DNA of 37,995 bases from an uncultured Gammaproteobacteria bacterium (GTDB lineage Bacteria > Patescibacteriota > Microgenomatia > Levybacterales > GWA1-39-11). Under the pieces are notes generated by a model that saw only the letters and a program-made list of their open reading frames with translations, did no database searches and was not told the DNA's origin. Of this stretch, positions 17,349 through 25,034 are shown piece by piece (the first letter of the stretch is position 1; each line of letters starts with the position of its first letter). Both the position numbers and the translations under genes were made by a program. The stretch spans positions 1-37,995 of the forward strand of contig CAZFJW010000001.1 of assembly GCA_964519355.1 (NCBI GenBank), written 5' to 3'.

Positions 17349-18140
17349 ATGGAAAATTCAGAAAGCTCCCCAACGTCCGGTTCTATTGCCCCAGAACTTA
17401 TTAACCCAAGTCCTGTACCAGAAATTGTGATGCCTTCAGGCAATCAACCCGCAGAGATCCATCGTTCAATTCGCTATCGCCTGACACATCTCTTCTCACG
17501 AGGTGAAAAATTAAAACCCCACGAATTACAAAAACAAAGAGATGACTTAAAAAATGCTGCTAGCCAAGGAACAGAAACACAAAACTCTACTCCTTCTCCA
17601 GTCCCCGAGACGGCTCCTAGTCAAATTTCAGGAACTACAGTAGAAACTACCGCCCCTCTCCCTCAAGGATTACAAGAAATTGGCACAACCCAAGAAGGCA
17701 GTGCATCAAATGTTGACTCAATGATCCAGGAACTTGCAGAAAAAGAACACACAGCAGCAGGTGCACAAGAAGCCCCTCCTGCTTCCCCACCACAAAAAGA
17801 CCCAATATCATCTGATACTTCAGGAGCAATGGACGCAATGACAGCAAGAATGGCACAGATGCCCGATACAGCATCCTCCACCGCTCAACCAGGAGAAAAT
17901 TCGAATACAGCTGCAGCAAGACCCGATCTTCCGCCAGCAGAGTCGTCTTCCACACCTCCACCTGTTGAGGCTCAACCAAATCAAAACACACAAATTATTG
18001 ATTTCCAAACAGCAGCCGCACGAGTTCAAGAATCAAAAGCAGTTCAACCTGGCGCCATATCATCCGAAGTCCCCCCGGCCCCACCAGTACAGACTTCAGA
18101 AGTATCGCAAAATCCTCAGCCGCTTGTTAAAGCAGCATAA
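17349..18140 (+). CDS. Low-complexity P/S/T/A/Q-rich (probably disordered) protein
   Basis: 263-aa ORF with a short basic segment (RSIRYRLTHLFSRGEKLK), otherwise compositionally biased. The overlapping antisense ORFs are typical artefacts of such bias. Confidence 0.55.
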   Translation: MENSESSPTSGSIAPELINPSPVPEIVMPSGNQPAEIHRSIRYRLTHLFSRGEKLKPHELQKQRDDLKNAASQGTETQNSTPSPVPETAPSQISGTTVETTAPLPQGLQEIGTTQEGSASNVDSMIQELAEKEHTAAGAQEAPPASPPQKDPISSDTSGAMDAMTARMAQMPDTASSTAQPGENSNTAAARPDLPPAESSSTPPPVEAQPNQNTQIIDFQTAAARVQESKAVQPGAISSEVPPAPPVQTSEVSQNPQPLVKAA

Positions 18141-18220
18141 TACATTTCAATAAAAATCCACGAAAATTATTTACCTTATTATTTTTGGGGAAATTACCTC
18201 AATGAAACTATATACCTAAT

Positions 18221-18844
18221 CTAAAATTCGCGTCTGCCTTCCATCGCTCTATGAATCGTCGTCTCATCGGCATACTCAAGATCCGCTCCAATTGGCAAAC
18301 CTCTTCCGATGCGTGTCAGAATAAGCTGAGTATCAGTCGGATTATTTATGCTTTGAGTTTTGAGCTTTTGAACAATATACATTGCAGTTGCTTCACCTTC
18401 CATAGTTGGGTTGGTTGCAAGAATTATTTCTTTTATTTTTGGATTATTCCCGACCCGTTTTACAAGCTGCGGAACATAAATATCATCAGGACCAATATTG
18501 CTCATTGGATCAATAACTCCATGCAGGACATGGTATACACCCTTGTAAGTACCGCTTCGCTCTACAGCCAGAACATCAAGCGCATCCTCCACTACACAAA
18601 TCATTTCCTGATCACGAGATTCATCTGAGCAAATCCAGCATGGATCTTCTTCTCCAACATTATGACATGTACTGCAAAGCACAGTATTCTTTTTAAGTTC
18701 TGAGAGTGCTTCTCCAAATGAATCCAGCTGGCTCTGTGGTACATGAAGTAGATAAAATCCAAGACGCTGCGCGCTCTTAGGACCAACGCCGGGAAGCTTT
18801 TCAAACTCTTCAATAACTCGAGATAATGCTTTTGGAAGTTTCAT
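18221..18844 (-). CDS. recR: Recombination protein RecR
   Basis: HhH motif (LPGVGPKSAQRL), zinc finger CSTCHN...CWIC and a Toprim domain. Confidence 0.95.
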   Translation of the reverse strand: MKLPKALSRVIEEFEKLPGVGPKSAQRLGFYLLHVPQSQLDSFGEALSELKKNTVLCSTCHNVGEEDPCWICSDESRDQEMICVVEDALDVLAVERSGTYKGVYHVLHGVIDPMSNIGPDDIYVPQLVKRVGNNPKIKEIILATNPTMEGEATAMYIVQKLKTQSINNPTDTQLILTRIGRGLPIGADLEYADETTIHRAMEGRREF

Positions 18845-18898
18845 TTTGAAATTTTCAATTGATGAGTTATGAGAATTGAGGAAAATAACACAAAGGAT

Positions 18899-19453
18899 TT
18901 AGAGTGTCATTAAATCTTTTTCTTTCTGTTCTCGAATTTCATCAATCTTCTTCATAAAATCATCGGTAAGTTTTTGAATTTCTTTTTCAAGTCGTGATGT
19001 CTCATCCTCCCCAATAGTGTCTTTTTGTTTCTTGATCTCTTCATTGGCGTCATGTCTCATTTGTCTGATCATAATCCGTCCGCTTTCTGCTTTCTGGTGA
19101 ATTAATTTTATAAATTCTTGTCTTCGCTCTTGTGTAAGTGGAGGAATAGAGAGTCTGACAATGCTCTCATCAACAACCGGATTCATACCAAGATTTGCAT
19201 CAGAAAGTCCTTTTTCTATGTCACGCAAAATACTTTTATCAAAAGGTGTTACGACTAAGGTTGAAGTGTCCTGTGCGTGAATCGTTGCAAGCTCCATAAG
19301 CTTCATTGGAGCTGTTCCGCCATATGCTGGGATGATAACTGTTTCGATAAGTGCTGGATTGGCTTTCCCTGTGCGCACTGTGCCAAAATCAGCAATCATG
19401 ACATCTACTGATTTTTGCATTCGGTCGCGTGTTTCTTGAATTATTGTTTCCAT
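18899..19453 (-). CDS. frr: Ribosome recycling factor
   Basis: 184 aa with a typical Frr sequence (VRTGKANPALIE..., LTQERRQEF). Confidence 0.95.
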   Translation of the reverse strand: METIIQETRDRMQKSVDVMIADFGTVRTGKANPALIETVIIPAYGGTAPMKLMELATIHAQDTSTLVVTPFDKSILRDIEKGLSDANLGMNPVVDESIVRLSIPPLTQERRQEFIKLIHQKAESGRIMIRQMRHDANEEIKKQKDTIGEDETSRLEKEIQKLTDDFMKKIDEIREQKEKDLMTL

Positions 19454-19498
19454 GTGTAGTTAAAATATCAGAAATTCCTCTTCATCACAAGTGGAACT

Positions 19499-20608
19499 TT
19501 ACATATTTGGAAGAAGACTCTTCCCGCTTATAAGGCGTGCGATATCAACAATTGTAACAACCGCCATTAATCCCAGAAGAAGCGCAAGGCCTACCATGTG
19601 AGCATACGATTCATATTTCGGATTAACTTTTTTCCTGGTAACAACTTCTATCAAAATAAAGAACAATCTTCCTCCGTCAAGTGCTGGGATAGGCAGAATA
19701 TTAAGAACTGCCAAGTTCAAAGATAATAACGCCATGAACCAAAGTACTGCATCAATTCCAAATGATACTGCCTCACCCGTAAGCTGTGCGACTCCAAGAG
19801 GACCAGCAACTCCTTCTGGTTTTTGGCCATGAATTACACCCTCATATACCATGCTTCCAAGTCCATGCACAATAACCCAAGAAAACTTTAGAGCTTCCCA
19901 TGTACCATAAACTGGCGCCTCCAGAAGCGAATATTTACGGACTTCTATTGCACTAATACCGATACCAATTGGACCTTCTCCCTTTGGAAAGTCTTTTCTT
20001 GGAACAAGGGTTACTTCGTTTTGCTTACCATCACTCACGTACACAATCTTCGTAGGCTTACCCAAATGTTTTCTTGTCTCTTTTACAAATTCTTCTGTTT
20101 TTACTATTTTTACCCCATCAACAGATATAATTTGATCATCAATTTGGAGGCCCGAAACGGCAGCCGGACTATTCGGAAGAATTTCTGTGACCCTGATGTG
20201 ATCAGATGGAACTGCAACTCCTCGAGCAGCAAAAAGATAAGAAATAAGACATACTGCGAGGAGAAAATTCATAACAACTCCCGCAATTACAACTGAAAGG
20301 CGCTGCCATGAAGGACGTGCAAAAAATGCACGTTTAAGATCTCCGCCCTTCGCCTCATCCTTTTTATGAGTTATCTTACCTCCCCCAGCATCATCTTCTC
20401 CAAATAATTTTACAAATCCTCCGATTGGCAAGAGATTAATAGAATACAGAGTTTCACCAATTCTTTTGCCCCAAATACGCGGTGGAAATCCATATCCGAA
20501 TTCTTCAACTTTTATTCCGAGTTTTTTGGCTACAATAAAATGTCCGAATTCATGGATAAGAACAAGAACAGAAAGAATGAGAATAAAAACAAGTGCAGTT
20601 ACAAGCAT
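19499..20608 (-). CDS. rseP: Site-2 (M50) zinc metalloprotease RseP
   Basis: HEFGHF motif in TM1, a central PDZ domain and a C-terminal LPIPALDGG motif. TGtTATACT (-10 at 20615-20620, minus strand) lies 6 nt upstream. Confidence 0.9.
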   Translation of the reverse strand: MLVTALVFILILSVLVLIHEFGHFIVAKKLGIKVEEFGYGFPPRIWGKRIGETLYSINLLPIGGFVKLFGEDDAGGGKITHKKDEAKGGDLKRAFFARPSWQRLSVVIAGVVMNFLLAVCLISYLFAARGVAVPSDHIRVTEILPNSPAAVSGLQIDDQIISVDGVKIVKTEEFVKETRKHLGKPTKIVYVSDGKQNEVTLVPRKDFPKGEGPIGIGISAIEVRKYSLLEAPVYGTWEALKFSWVIVHGLGSMVYEGVIHGQKPEGVAGPLGVAQLTGEAVSFGIDAVLWFMALLSLNLAVLNILPIPALDGGRLFFILIEVVTRKKVNPKYESYAHMVGLALLLGLMAVVTIVDIARLISGKSLLPNM

Positions 20609-20629
20609 TTAGATAGTATAACAAAATGA

Positions 20630-20718
20630 GTAGTGTGTAGAAAGTAGTATGTACTATGAGCACGCAAGAAGGACCGTCGTACTGCTATTGCATGCTTATG
20701 CTGCATGATGCAGTACTA
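20630..20718 (+). repeat. ORF-less miniature copy A of the heptad-repeat inverted element
   Basis: Left arm is GTAGTGT GTAGAAA GTAGTAT GTACTAT (20630-20657). Right arm is ATGCTGC ATGATGC AGTACTA (to 20718), resembling the right arm at 30934-30961. It fills the rseP-tsf intergenic space and overlaps the tsf stop codon. Confidence 0.6.
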
Positions 20719-21174
20719 TTCTCTTCCAAGTTCAAGTCTGGTTATTCTTCCAAGAACAATATTCTCACCGAGCTTGGCGATTGTTTCTTTTAAGAGCATT
20801 TCGATCGTCTTTGATGAATCCCTTATATATTCTTGTTTCAATAGTTCCTCAGCATCTTTCGGATTCATTGAAGCCACCTGCATTGCAACTTCATGTGCTA
20901 AAGTTTTAAATTCATCAGTTCTTGCAACAAAATCAGTCTCACACAATATTTCAACTAGTGATGCAACTCTTCCACCATGAACATAGCTTTCAATAAGCCC
21001 AGCATTCGTTGCTCTATCTCCCTTTTTTGCTGCTCTCTCAAATCCCTTTTTCTTCAAAATTTCTTTTGCCTGCTTTAAATCTCCCTTTGCTTCTTCCAAT
21101 GCAGCACGGCAATCAGCAACACCGGCTTGGGTTTCTTCTCTGAGTTGTTTGATAAATGATACGTCAATTGCCAT
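20716..21174 (-). CDS. tsf: Elongation factor Ts (short form, 152 aa)
   Basis: N-terminal UBA-like domain (IKQLREETQAGVADCRAALEE) and part of the core. It sits directly downstream of rpsB. Confidence 0.9.
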   Translation of the reverse strand: MAIDVSFIKQLREETQAGVADCRAALEEAKGDLKQAKEILKKKGFERAAKKGDRATNAGLIESYVHGGRVASLVEILCETDFVARTDEFKTLAHEVAMQVASMNPKDAEELLKQEYIRDSSKTIEMLLKETIAKLGENIVLGRITRLELGRE

Positions 21175-21185
21175 ATGTGTGAAAA

Positions 21186-22067
21186 TTATGAACTTTTAGC
21201 AGGTTTTGTCTCTTTTTTAACTGTTGTCTTTTTTGGCTCTTTGGATTTTGCTATCTTTGCAGCAGCTTTTTCTGCTTCCTTTTCAACTCTTTTATTCTCT
21301 GCATCAACGGCTGCTTTTTCTGCTTTTACACTATCCTCTTGTGCTTTTTGTTTGTTCTTTTCACCCTGAATCTGTCCCTCTTCAAAAGCCTCAACAAGAT
21401 AAGTCGTGATCAGTTCAATTGCACCAACTGCATCATCATTTGAAGGAATTGCCCAGTCAACGTCTCGTGGATCAGAGTTAGTATCGACAATTCCTACAGT
21501 ATCGAGTCCCATTTTATGAGCCTCATCGACCGCTGTTCTCTCATGGTGAGTACCGATAATAACAAGTGCTGATGGAAGACCAGGAAGATCTGCAATTCCC
21601 TCATAAAAATTCAATAATTTTTCCCGTTCTCGCCCAAAAAGAAGCACTTCTCTTTTTGTATATCCTTTTTGTTTTTCAGGAACATTGATAAATTCAGTAA
21701 GATCTTTTAGTTTTTTGAAATTCTTTGAAACTTCCTGGTAATTTGTGAGCGTTCCACCGATCCATCGCGCATTGACATAATAAATATTTCGAACACCCTT
21801 GCCCCATGCTTTTGCAACTGCATCTTTTACAACATTTTGTGCCTGTCTTTTGGTTCCAACAACTACAATTGAACCACCTTCACTTGCAATATTTGATAAA
21901 TGCTTACCAGCCTCCTGTAGTCCTTCGAGGGTTTTTTCGAGATTGATAATGTGAATATTGTCACGTTCTTCAAAAATAAAACTGGCGGCTCGTGGATTAG
22001 CACGATTTACCTGATGTCCGAAATGACAACCAGCTTCCAATAATTCTTCTAATGTTACTTCTTTCAT
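21186..22067 (-). CDS. rpsB: 30S ribosomal protein S2 with K/E/A-rich C-terminal tail
   Basis: LLEAGCHFGHQ and other S2 motifs. The last ~55 aa are Lys/Glu/Ala-rich. Confidence 0.95.
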   Translation of the reverse strand: MKEVTLEELLEAGCHFGHQVNRANPRAASFIFEERDNIHIINLEKTLEGLQEAGKHLSNIASEGGSIVVVGTKRQAQNVVKDAVAKAWGKGVRNIYYVNARWIGGTLTNYQEVSKNFKKLKDLTEFINVPEKQKGYTKREVLLFGREREKLLNFYEGIADLPGLPSALVIIGTHHERTAVDEAHKMGLDTVGIVDTNSDPRDVDWAIPSNDDAVGAIELITTYLVEAFEEGQIQGEKNKQKAQEDSVKAEKAAVDAENKRVEKEAEKAAAKIAKSKEPKKTTVKKETKPAKSS

Positions 22068-22073
22068 AATTGT

Positions 22074-22127
22074 ATGTCCTTATCCGTCCGCTGAGACTGT
22101 AGGTTTCAGGACATGTAGCCTTCAGCG
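22074..22127 (-). promoter_or_regulatory. Structured rpsB 5' leader (two interleaved stems, SD-sequestering)
   Basis: A 7-bp stem pairs 22074-22080 with 22108-22114, and a 6-bp stem pairs 22089-22094 with 22122-22127. The arm order a-b-a'-b' gives pseudoknot topology. The first stem covers AGGA, which lies 9 nt before the ATG. Confidence 0.35.
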
Positions 22128-22142
22128 TGTGTAATGTTCAAT

Positions 22143-22171
22143 ATTATAGTAGTATCTGGATAAAAATTCAA
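22143..22171 (-). promoter_or_regulatory. Sigma70-like promoter TTGAAT-17-TATAAT for rpsB-tsf
   Basis: On the minus strand, TTGAAT is at 22171-22166 and TATAAT at 22148-22143. The predicted leader is about 69 nt. Confidence 0.55.
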
Positions 22172-22197
22172 GAGGATACTAAAAAAGAACCGTATTC

Positions 22198-22226
22198 TTG
22201 CAATATATGCAACAATTTCGTATTCT
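22198..22226 (+). promoter_or_regulatory. Sigma70-like promoter TTGCAA-17-TATTCT
   Basis: TTGCAA at 22198-22203 and TATTCT at 22221-22226, 16 nt before ATG 22243. Confidence 0.4.
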
Positions 22227-22242
22227 ATAAAGTACTAATAGC

Positions 22243-22887
22243 ATGGACGAATCAAAATCTTCTCGGAATAAAAGCCTACTTCTTCTGTCATGTGGAATAC
22301 TCATACTCTTGTTGTCTGCTGTCTCTGTTCTTGTTATCTCCAAGTTATCTAATAATAATTCTTCAACAGCAAAAAATGAACAATCAGGCAAAAAAACGGC
22401 AAAAAATAACTCTAGTTCTTCTCTTTCCACAGATGAGTCAGGCCCAACTATCTCAAACCAGCATGTCTCTCTTAATTTCTCACAAAAATTTATTGATGCA
22501 TCAAAGAATAATGAAAAAGTAAATGTGGATATCATCCTAGACACTGAATCCGCAAAAACAGACGGAGCCATTGTGGAAGTTGTCTATGATCCAGAATCGA
22601 TTTCGGATGTAGATCTCTTCCCTGCCTTTGATACTGATTCTCTCTATGGGGAACAATCCGATGTAACAACCCTTTCCCATAGCCCAGAAGAAGGAAAATT
22701 CGTACTTGGGATCTCAACTTCAGCAGAGCAAGAAGGAGCCGGTAGAATCGCTACTCTATCTTTCAAACCACTCAAATCATCTTCAAAAGATAAAACCCAA
22801 ATTACATTTTCCACCCTTTCCGAAGGCTATTCAGGGTCTGAAAAATACCCAGCCGACCCGGGCTCTCTTGAAGTAAAGATTAAGTAA
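22243..22887 (+). CDS. Membrane-anchored cohesin-like domain protein 1
   Basis: N-terminal TM helix, an N/S/K-rich linker, then a beta domain with VEVVYDPESISDV...GAGRIATLSFKP, a pattern typical of cohesin modules. It is a paralog of 27142-27750. Confidence 0.55.
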   Translation: MDESKSSRNKSLLLLSCGILILLLSAVSVLVISKLSNNNSSTAKNEQSGKKTAKNNSSSSLSTDESGPTISNQHVSLNFSQKFIDASKNNEKVNVDIILDTESAKTDGAIVEVVYDPESISDVDLFPAFDTDSLYGEQSDVTTLSHSPEEGKFVLGISTSAEQEGAGRIATLSFKPLKSSSKDKTQITFSTLSEGYSGSEKYPADPGSLEVKIK

Positions 22888-22944
22888 ATTCCAAACACGC
22901 GTTAAATTCTTCTTTTTCTCAATTCGTAGTCTGAGCGTGAAAAA

Positions 22945-23069
22945 TCAAGTCTTGAACGTTAAGAACTGTAAGGCGTAGTCCGGAGTTTTAGTGAAAGAGG
23001 CAGATTTTGAACGCATCAGGCAAGACTTGAGAAGAGTTTTGTATACTTTTGCGGAAAAAGTATACAAAA
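22945..23069. other. Structured segment inside a 525-nt non-coding gap
   Basis: A 10-bp long-range complement pairs TCAAGTCTTG (22945-22954) with CAAGACTTGA (23021-23030). A perfect 14-bp hairpin follows: TTTTGTATACTTTT (23037-23050), loop GCGGA, AAAAGTATACAAAA (23056-23069). Confidence 0.5.
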
Positions 23070-23375
23070 ATTAATTACCTCGTATTTCTTCTTGCTCTGT
23101 GATTTACTGTTCCAATACCGAACACACATATATCAATTTTTGCAATTCAACAAAGGACAATTACACTTTTGCAAATGAGTGCATCAGGGGATTCCTCACA
23201 AACTTGTTGAGGAGGGGGTAAAATCACCCGATAAATGAATGAGCAAAATGCGTCCGATTTGACTTGCAAGGAGCTTTCGTTCTTTCTCGGAAGAAAAAAC
23301 AGTAAATAATACTCATAAGTACGTCTTGACAAAATTCTGCGTACTTTTAAGAATTACAAATATTTTTTGTACTTC

Positions 23376-23405
23376 TTGCTATTCTAAAACTTCTTATACT
23401 ATAGT
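23376..23405 (+). promoter_or_regulatory. Sigma70-like promoter TTGCTA-18-TATAGT
   Basis: The -10 box ends 7 nt before ATG 23413, giving a leaderless configuration. Confidence 0.4.
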
Positions 23406-23412
23406 AAAAGAT

Positions 23413-23649
23413 ATGATCGGCGGTCGAGGCTCTAGCTATATTTATTTAGTTCTTCTTGCTATTATTGGAGGTTTTCTTATGGCTGGCGGGTCCCGCATGG
23501 AAAATGCGAATTATCTTACAAAATATGATAATTCGAAGCTAACTCCGACACCTGGGGTCGGTGCATCAATCGCAACTCCGACACCTGGTGTAGTCGGAAT
23601 TCCCGGTGCAGCAACTGCCACACCCACACCAACACCCACAGGACCATAA
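23413..23649 (+). CDS. Small anchored PT-repeat protein (78 aa)
   Basis: MIGGRGSSYIYLVLLAIIGGFLMAGG anchor followed by TPTPG repeats, including a 15-nt perfect DNA repeat at 23541-23555 and 23574-23588. The track start at 23326 is a TTG that coincides with a TTGACA -35-like box. Confidence 0.55.
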   Translation: MIGGRGSSYIYLVLLAIIGGFLMAGGSRMENANYLTKYDNSKLTPTPGVGASIATPTPGVVGIPGAATATPTPTPTGP

Positions 23650-23690
23650 AAATTATAGCGCCTTAGAAAAATAAGATCATGAATATAGAA

Positions 23691-24233
23691 CTAAGCTGCT
23701 TGCGGTAATGGAGTAAAAGTGGAAAGTGCATCAGTAATTTTTGCAATTTGACTGTCATAGCGTGCAACGGCCAGCTCTGCTCCACCTCTAGTAGTGTTGC
23801 CTAGCGCTCTTGTTGACTCTTGAATTTTTTTATCGATCCACTTTTGCGCTGCCTCATCGGCGACTTGAGCACGAACATCCATACCCTGCTGAATATCATT
23901 CTTTAAATCTTTATAATTAGCATCATCTGCGTACTCCTGAGGGGATTCAGCCTTATCTTTGTCACGCAGACGAAACTTTTCAAGGTTATCTTTTTCTTTT
24001 TGGTACTCAGCAATTACACCTGCAGCATTTCCATCTTCAGCTTCTTTTCTTATTTGTTGAAGACGTGCAATCTCTGCCTCAAATCCTCCGCTTGGCATTA
24101 TTACTGCGTGCCCTAATTCTGAATGCTTAAGACCTGTTTGGGCATTTGTAATTTTTGCGTCTATAAGGAAAAATTTATCACCTGAAGTAACAGGCGCTTC
24201 ACCTGTCGACTGAACTTGAGCTTCTAAATCCAT
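23691..24233 (-). CDS. Hypothetical soluble, charged helical protein (180 aa)
   Basis: ORF on the opposite strand inside the surface island. It has no signal sequence and no recognised family. Confidence 0.55.
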   Translation of the reverse strand: MDLEAQVQSTGEAPVTSGDKFFLIDAKITNAQTGLKHSELGHAVIMPSGGFEAEIARLQQIRKEAEDGNAAGVIAEYQKEKDNLEKFRLRDKDKAESPQEYADDANYKDLKNDIQQGMDVRAQVADEAAQKWIDKKIQESTRALGNTTRGGAELAVARYDSQIAKITDALSTFTPLPQAA

Positions 24234-24307
24234 AATTTGAAATAGTTAATAATATATATTGTTATAAGTCAATATAGTCTCTAAAACGATTTATCCAGAT
24301 TTACTTG

Positions 24308-24336
24308 TTGAATAACAAGGACTCTGATACTATAAA
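24308..24336 (+). promoter_or_regulatory. Sigma70-like promoter TTGAAT-17-TATAAA
   Basis: TTGAAT at 24308-24313 and TATAAA at 24331-24336. The predicted leader to ATG 24397 is about 54 nt. Confidence 0.35.
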
Positions 24337-24396
24337 AATATTATTACAAGCCAAAATATCAAACATTATCTTCTCTCACAAAAGGGAGACGCTACA

Positions 24397-24987
24397 ATGA
24401 GTCTCCTGCTTCTTATCATCTTGGTATCGGGAGTCTTTCTCGTAGGTGGGGTTACACCAAAAATGCATGACGACACGCTCGACATGAAGACAACCGGAAC
24501 TGTACAAGGCGTCCAATCCGGAAGTACTGGATCATCTTTTGCCGGAGCGCCCGGCACGAGCAACGGCTCCAAAAAGTCTCTACAGATGAAACAACTTATT
24601 CTAACCACTACAACTCCAACCCCTATTGGCCCTGCTCCTACAAAAACCCCCACACCCACAACGACCAGTCCATCTTCTGAATGGAAAATTACATATAAAT
24701 TTGTCGAGTGCAGAGAAGATGCATCTGCTGGGAATTTAGAACTAACTGGATCCACTTCTGGATACACCATTACTGAAGTAAAATATTCTGGAGAACCCGA
24801 TTGGACATTTGCAGATAGTGAAAAATTTGATGGAGCCAAAACCAAAAATGCAATCATTCTGTTCCCTCAGGAAAAACCATTTATTTGGAGAGTGACGCTT
24901 TTTTCTGGTGGAACATTTACCACCAGAGGCAGCGGTGGAACTTTAAGAGCAACATATGACGGCGCACTTTTTACGAAATGCACGTAG
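24397..24987 (+). CDS. Anchored surface protein: shared N-terminal module, PT linker and unknown beta domain
   Basis: MSLLLLIILVSGVFLVGGVTP...DDTLD anchor, a TTTTPTPIGPAPTKTPTPTTTSP linker, and a C-terminal ~110-aa domain with 2 Cys. AAGGGAG lies 8 nt upstream of the ATG. Confidence 0.7.
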   Translation: MSLLLLIILVSGVFLVGGVTPKMHDDTLDMKTTGTVQGVQSGSTGSSFAGAPGTSNGSKKSLQMKQLILTTTTPTPIGPAPTKTPTPTTTSPSSEWKITYKFVECREDASAGNLELTGSTSGYTITEVKYSGEPDWTFADSEKFDGAKTKNAIILFPQEKPFIWRVTLFSGGTFTTRGSGGTLRATYDGALFTKCT

Positions 24988-25034
24988 TTGATTTAAAATA
25001 TTTTTTGATATATACCTAATACTAGTCATACCAT

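Noticed and set aside
22149-22155. Isolated GTAGTAT heptamers at 22149-22155 and 33392-33398 considered as further copies of the heptad element
   Set aside because: The neighbouring sequence shows no 7-nt periodicity, and a single 7-mer is expected several times by chance in 38 kb of AT-rich DNA. The first one simply lies in the spacer of the rpsB promoter.
22978-22985. GTCCGGAG string considered as an SRP RNA or RNase P-like conserved core
   Set aside because: The surrounding sequence lacks the GGAA tetraloop/AGCAG context of SRP helix 8 and the GAGGAAAGTCCGGGC box of RNase P. I could not build a matching secondary structure by eye.
23037-23069. Perfect 14-bp hairpin considered as an intrinsic terminator
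   Set aside because: The T-run precedes the stem and the A-run follows it on both strands, the opposite of what a terminator needs. The stem also has only two G-C pairs. It is kept as an unexplained palindrome or possible operator.
24366-24857. 163-aa minus-strand ORF, plus similar long antisense ORFs at 17647-17991, 17663-17881, 17820-18029, 18251-18628, 28789-29244, 29371-29775, 31635-32027 and 35483-35971
   Set aside because: Each lies entirely inside a gene with clear motif support on the other strand (recR, glyA, thyX, vWA and others) or inside a low-complexity gene. Their compositions are implausible, so they are shadow ORFs.
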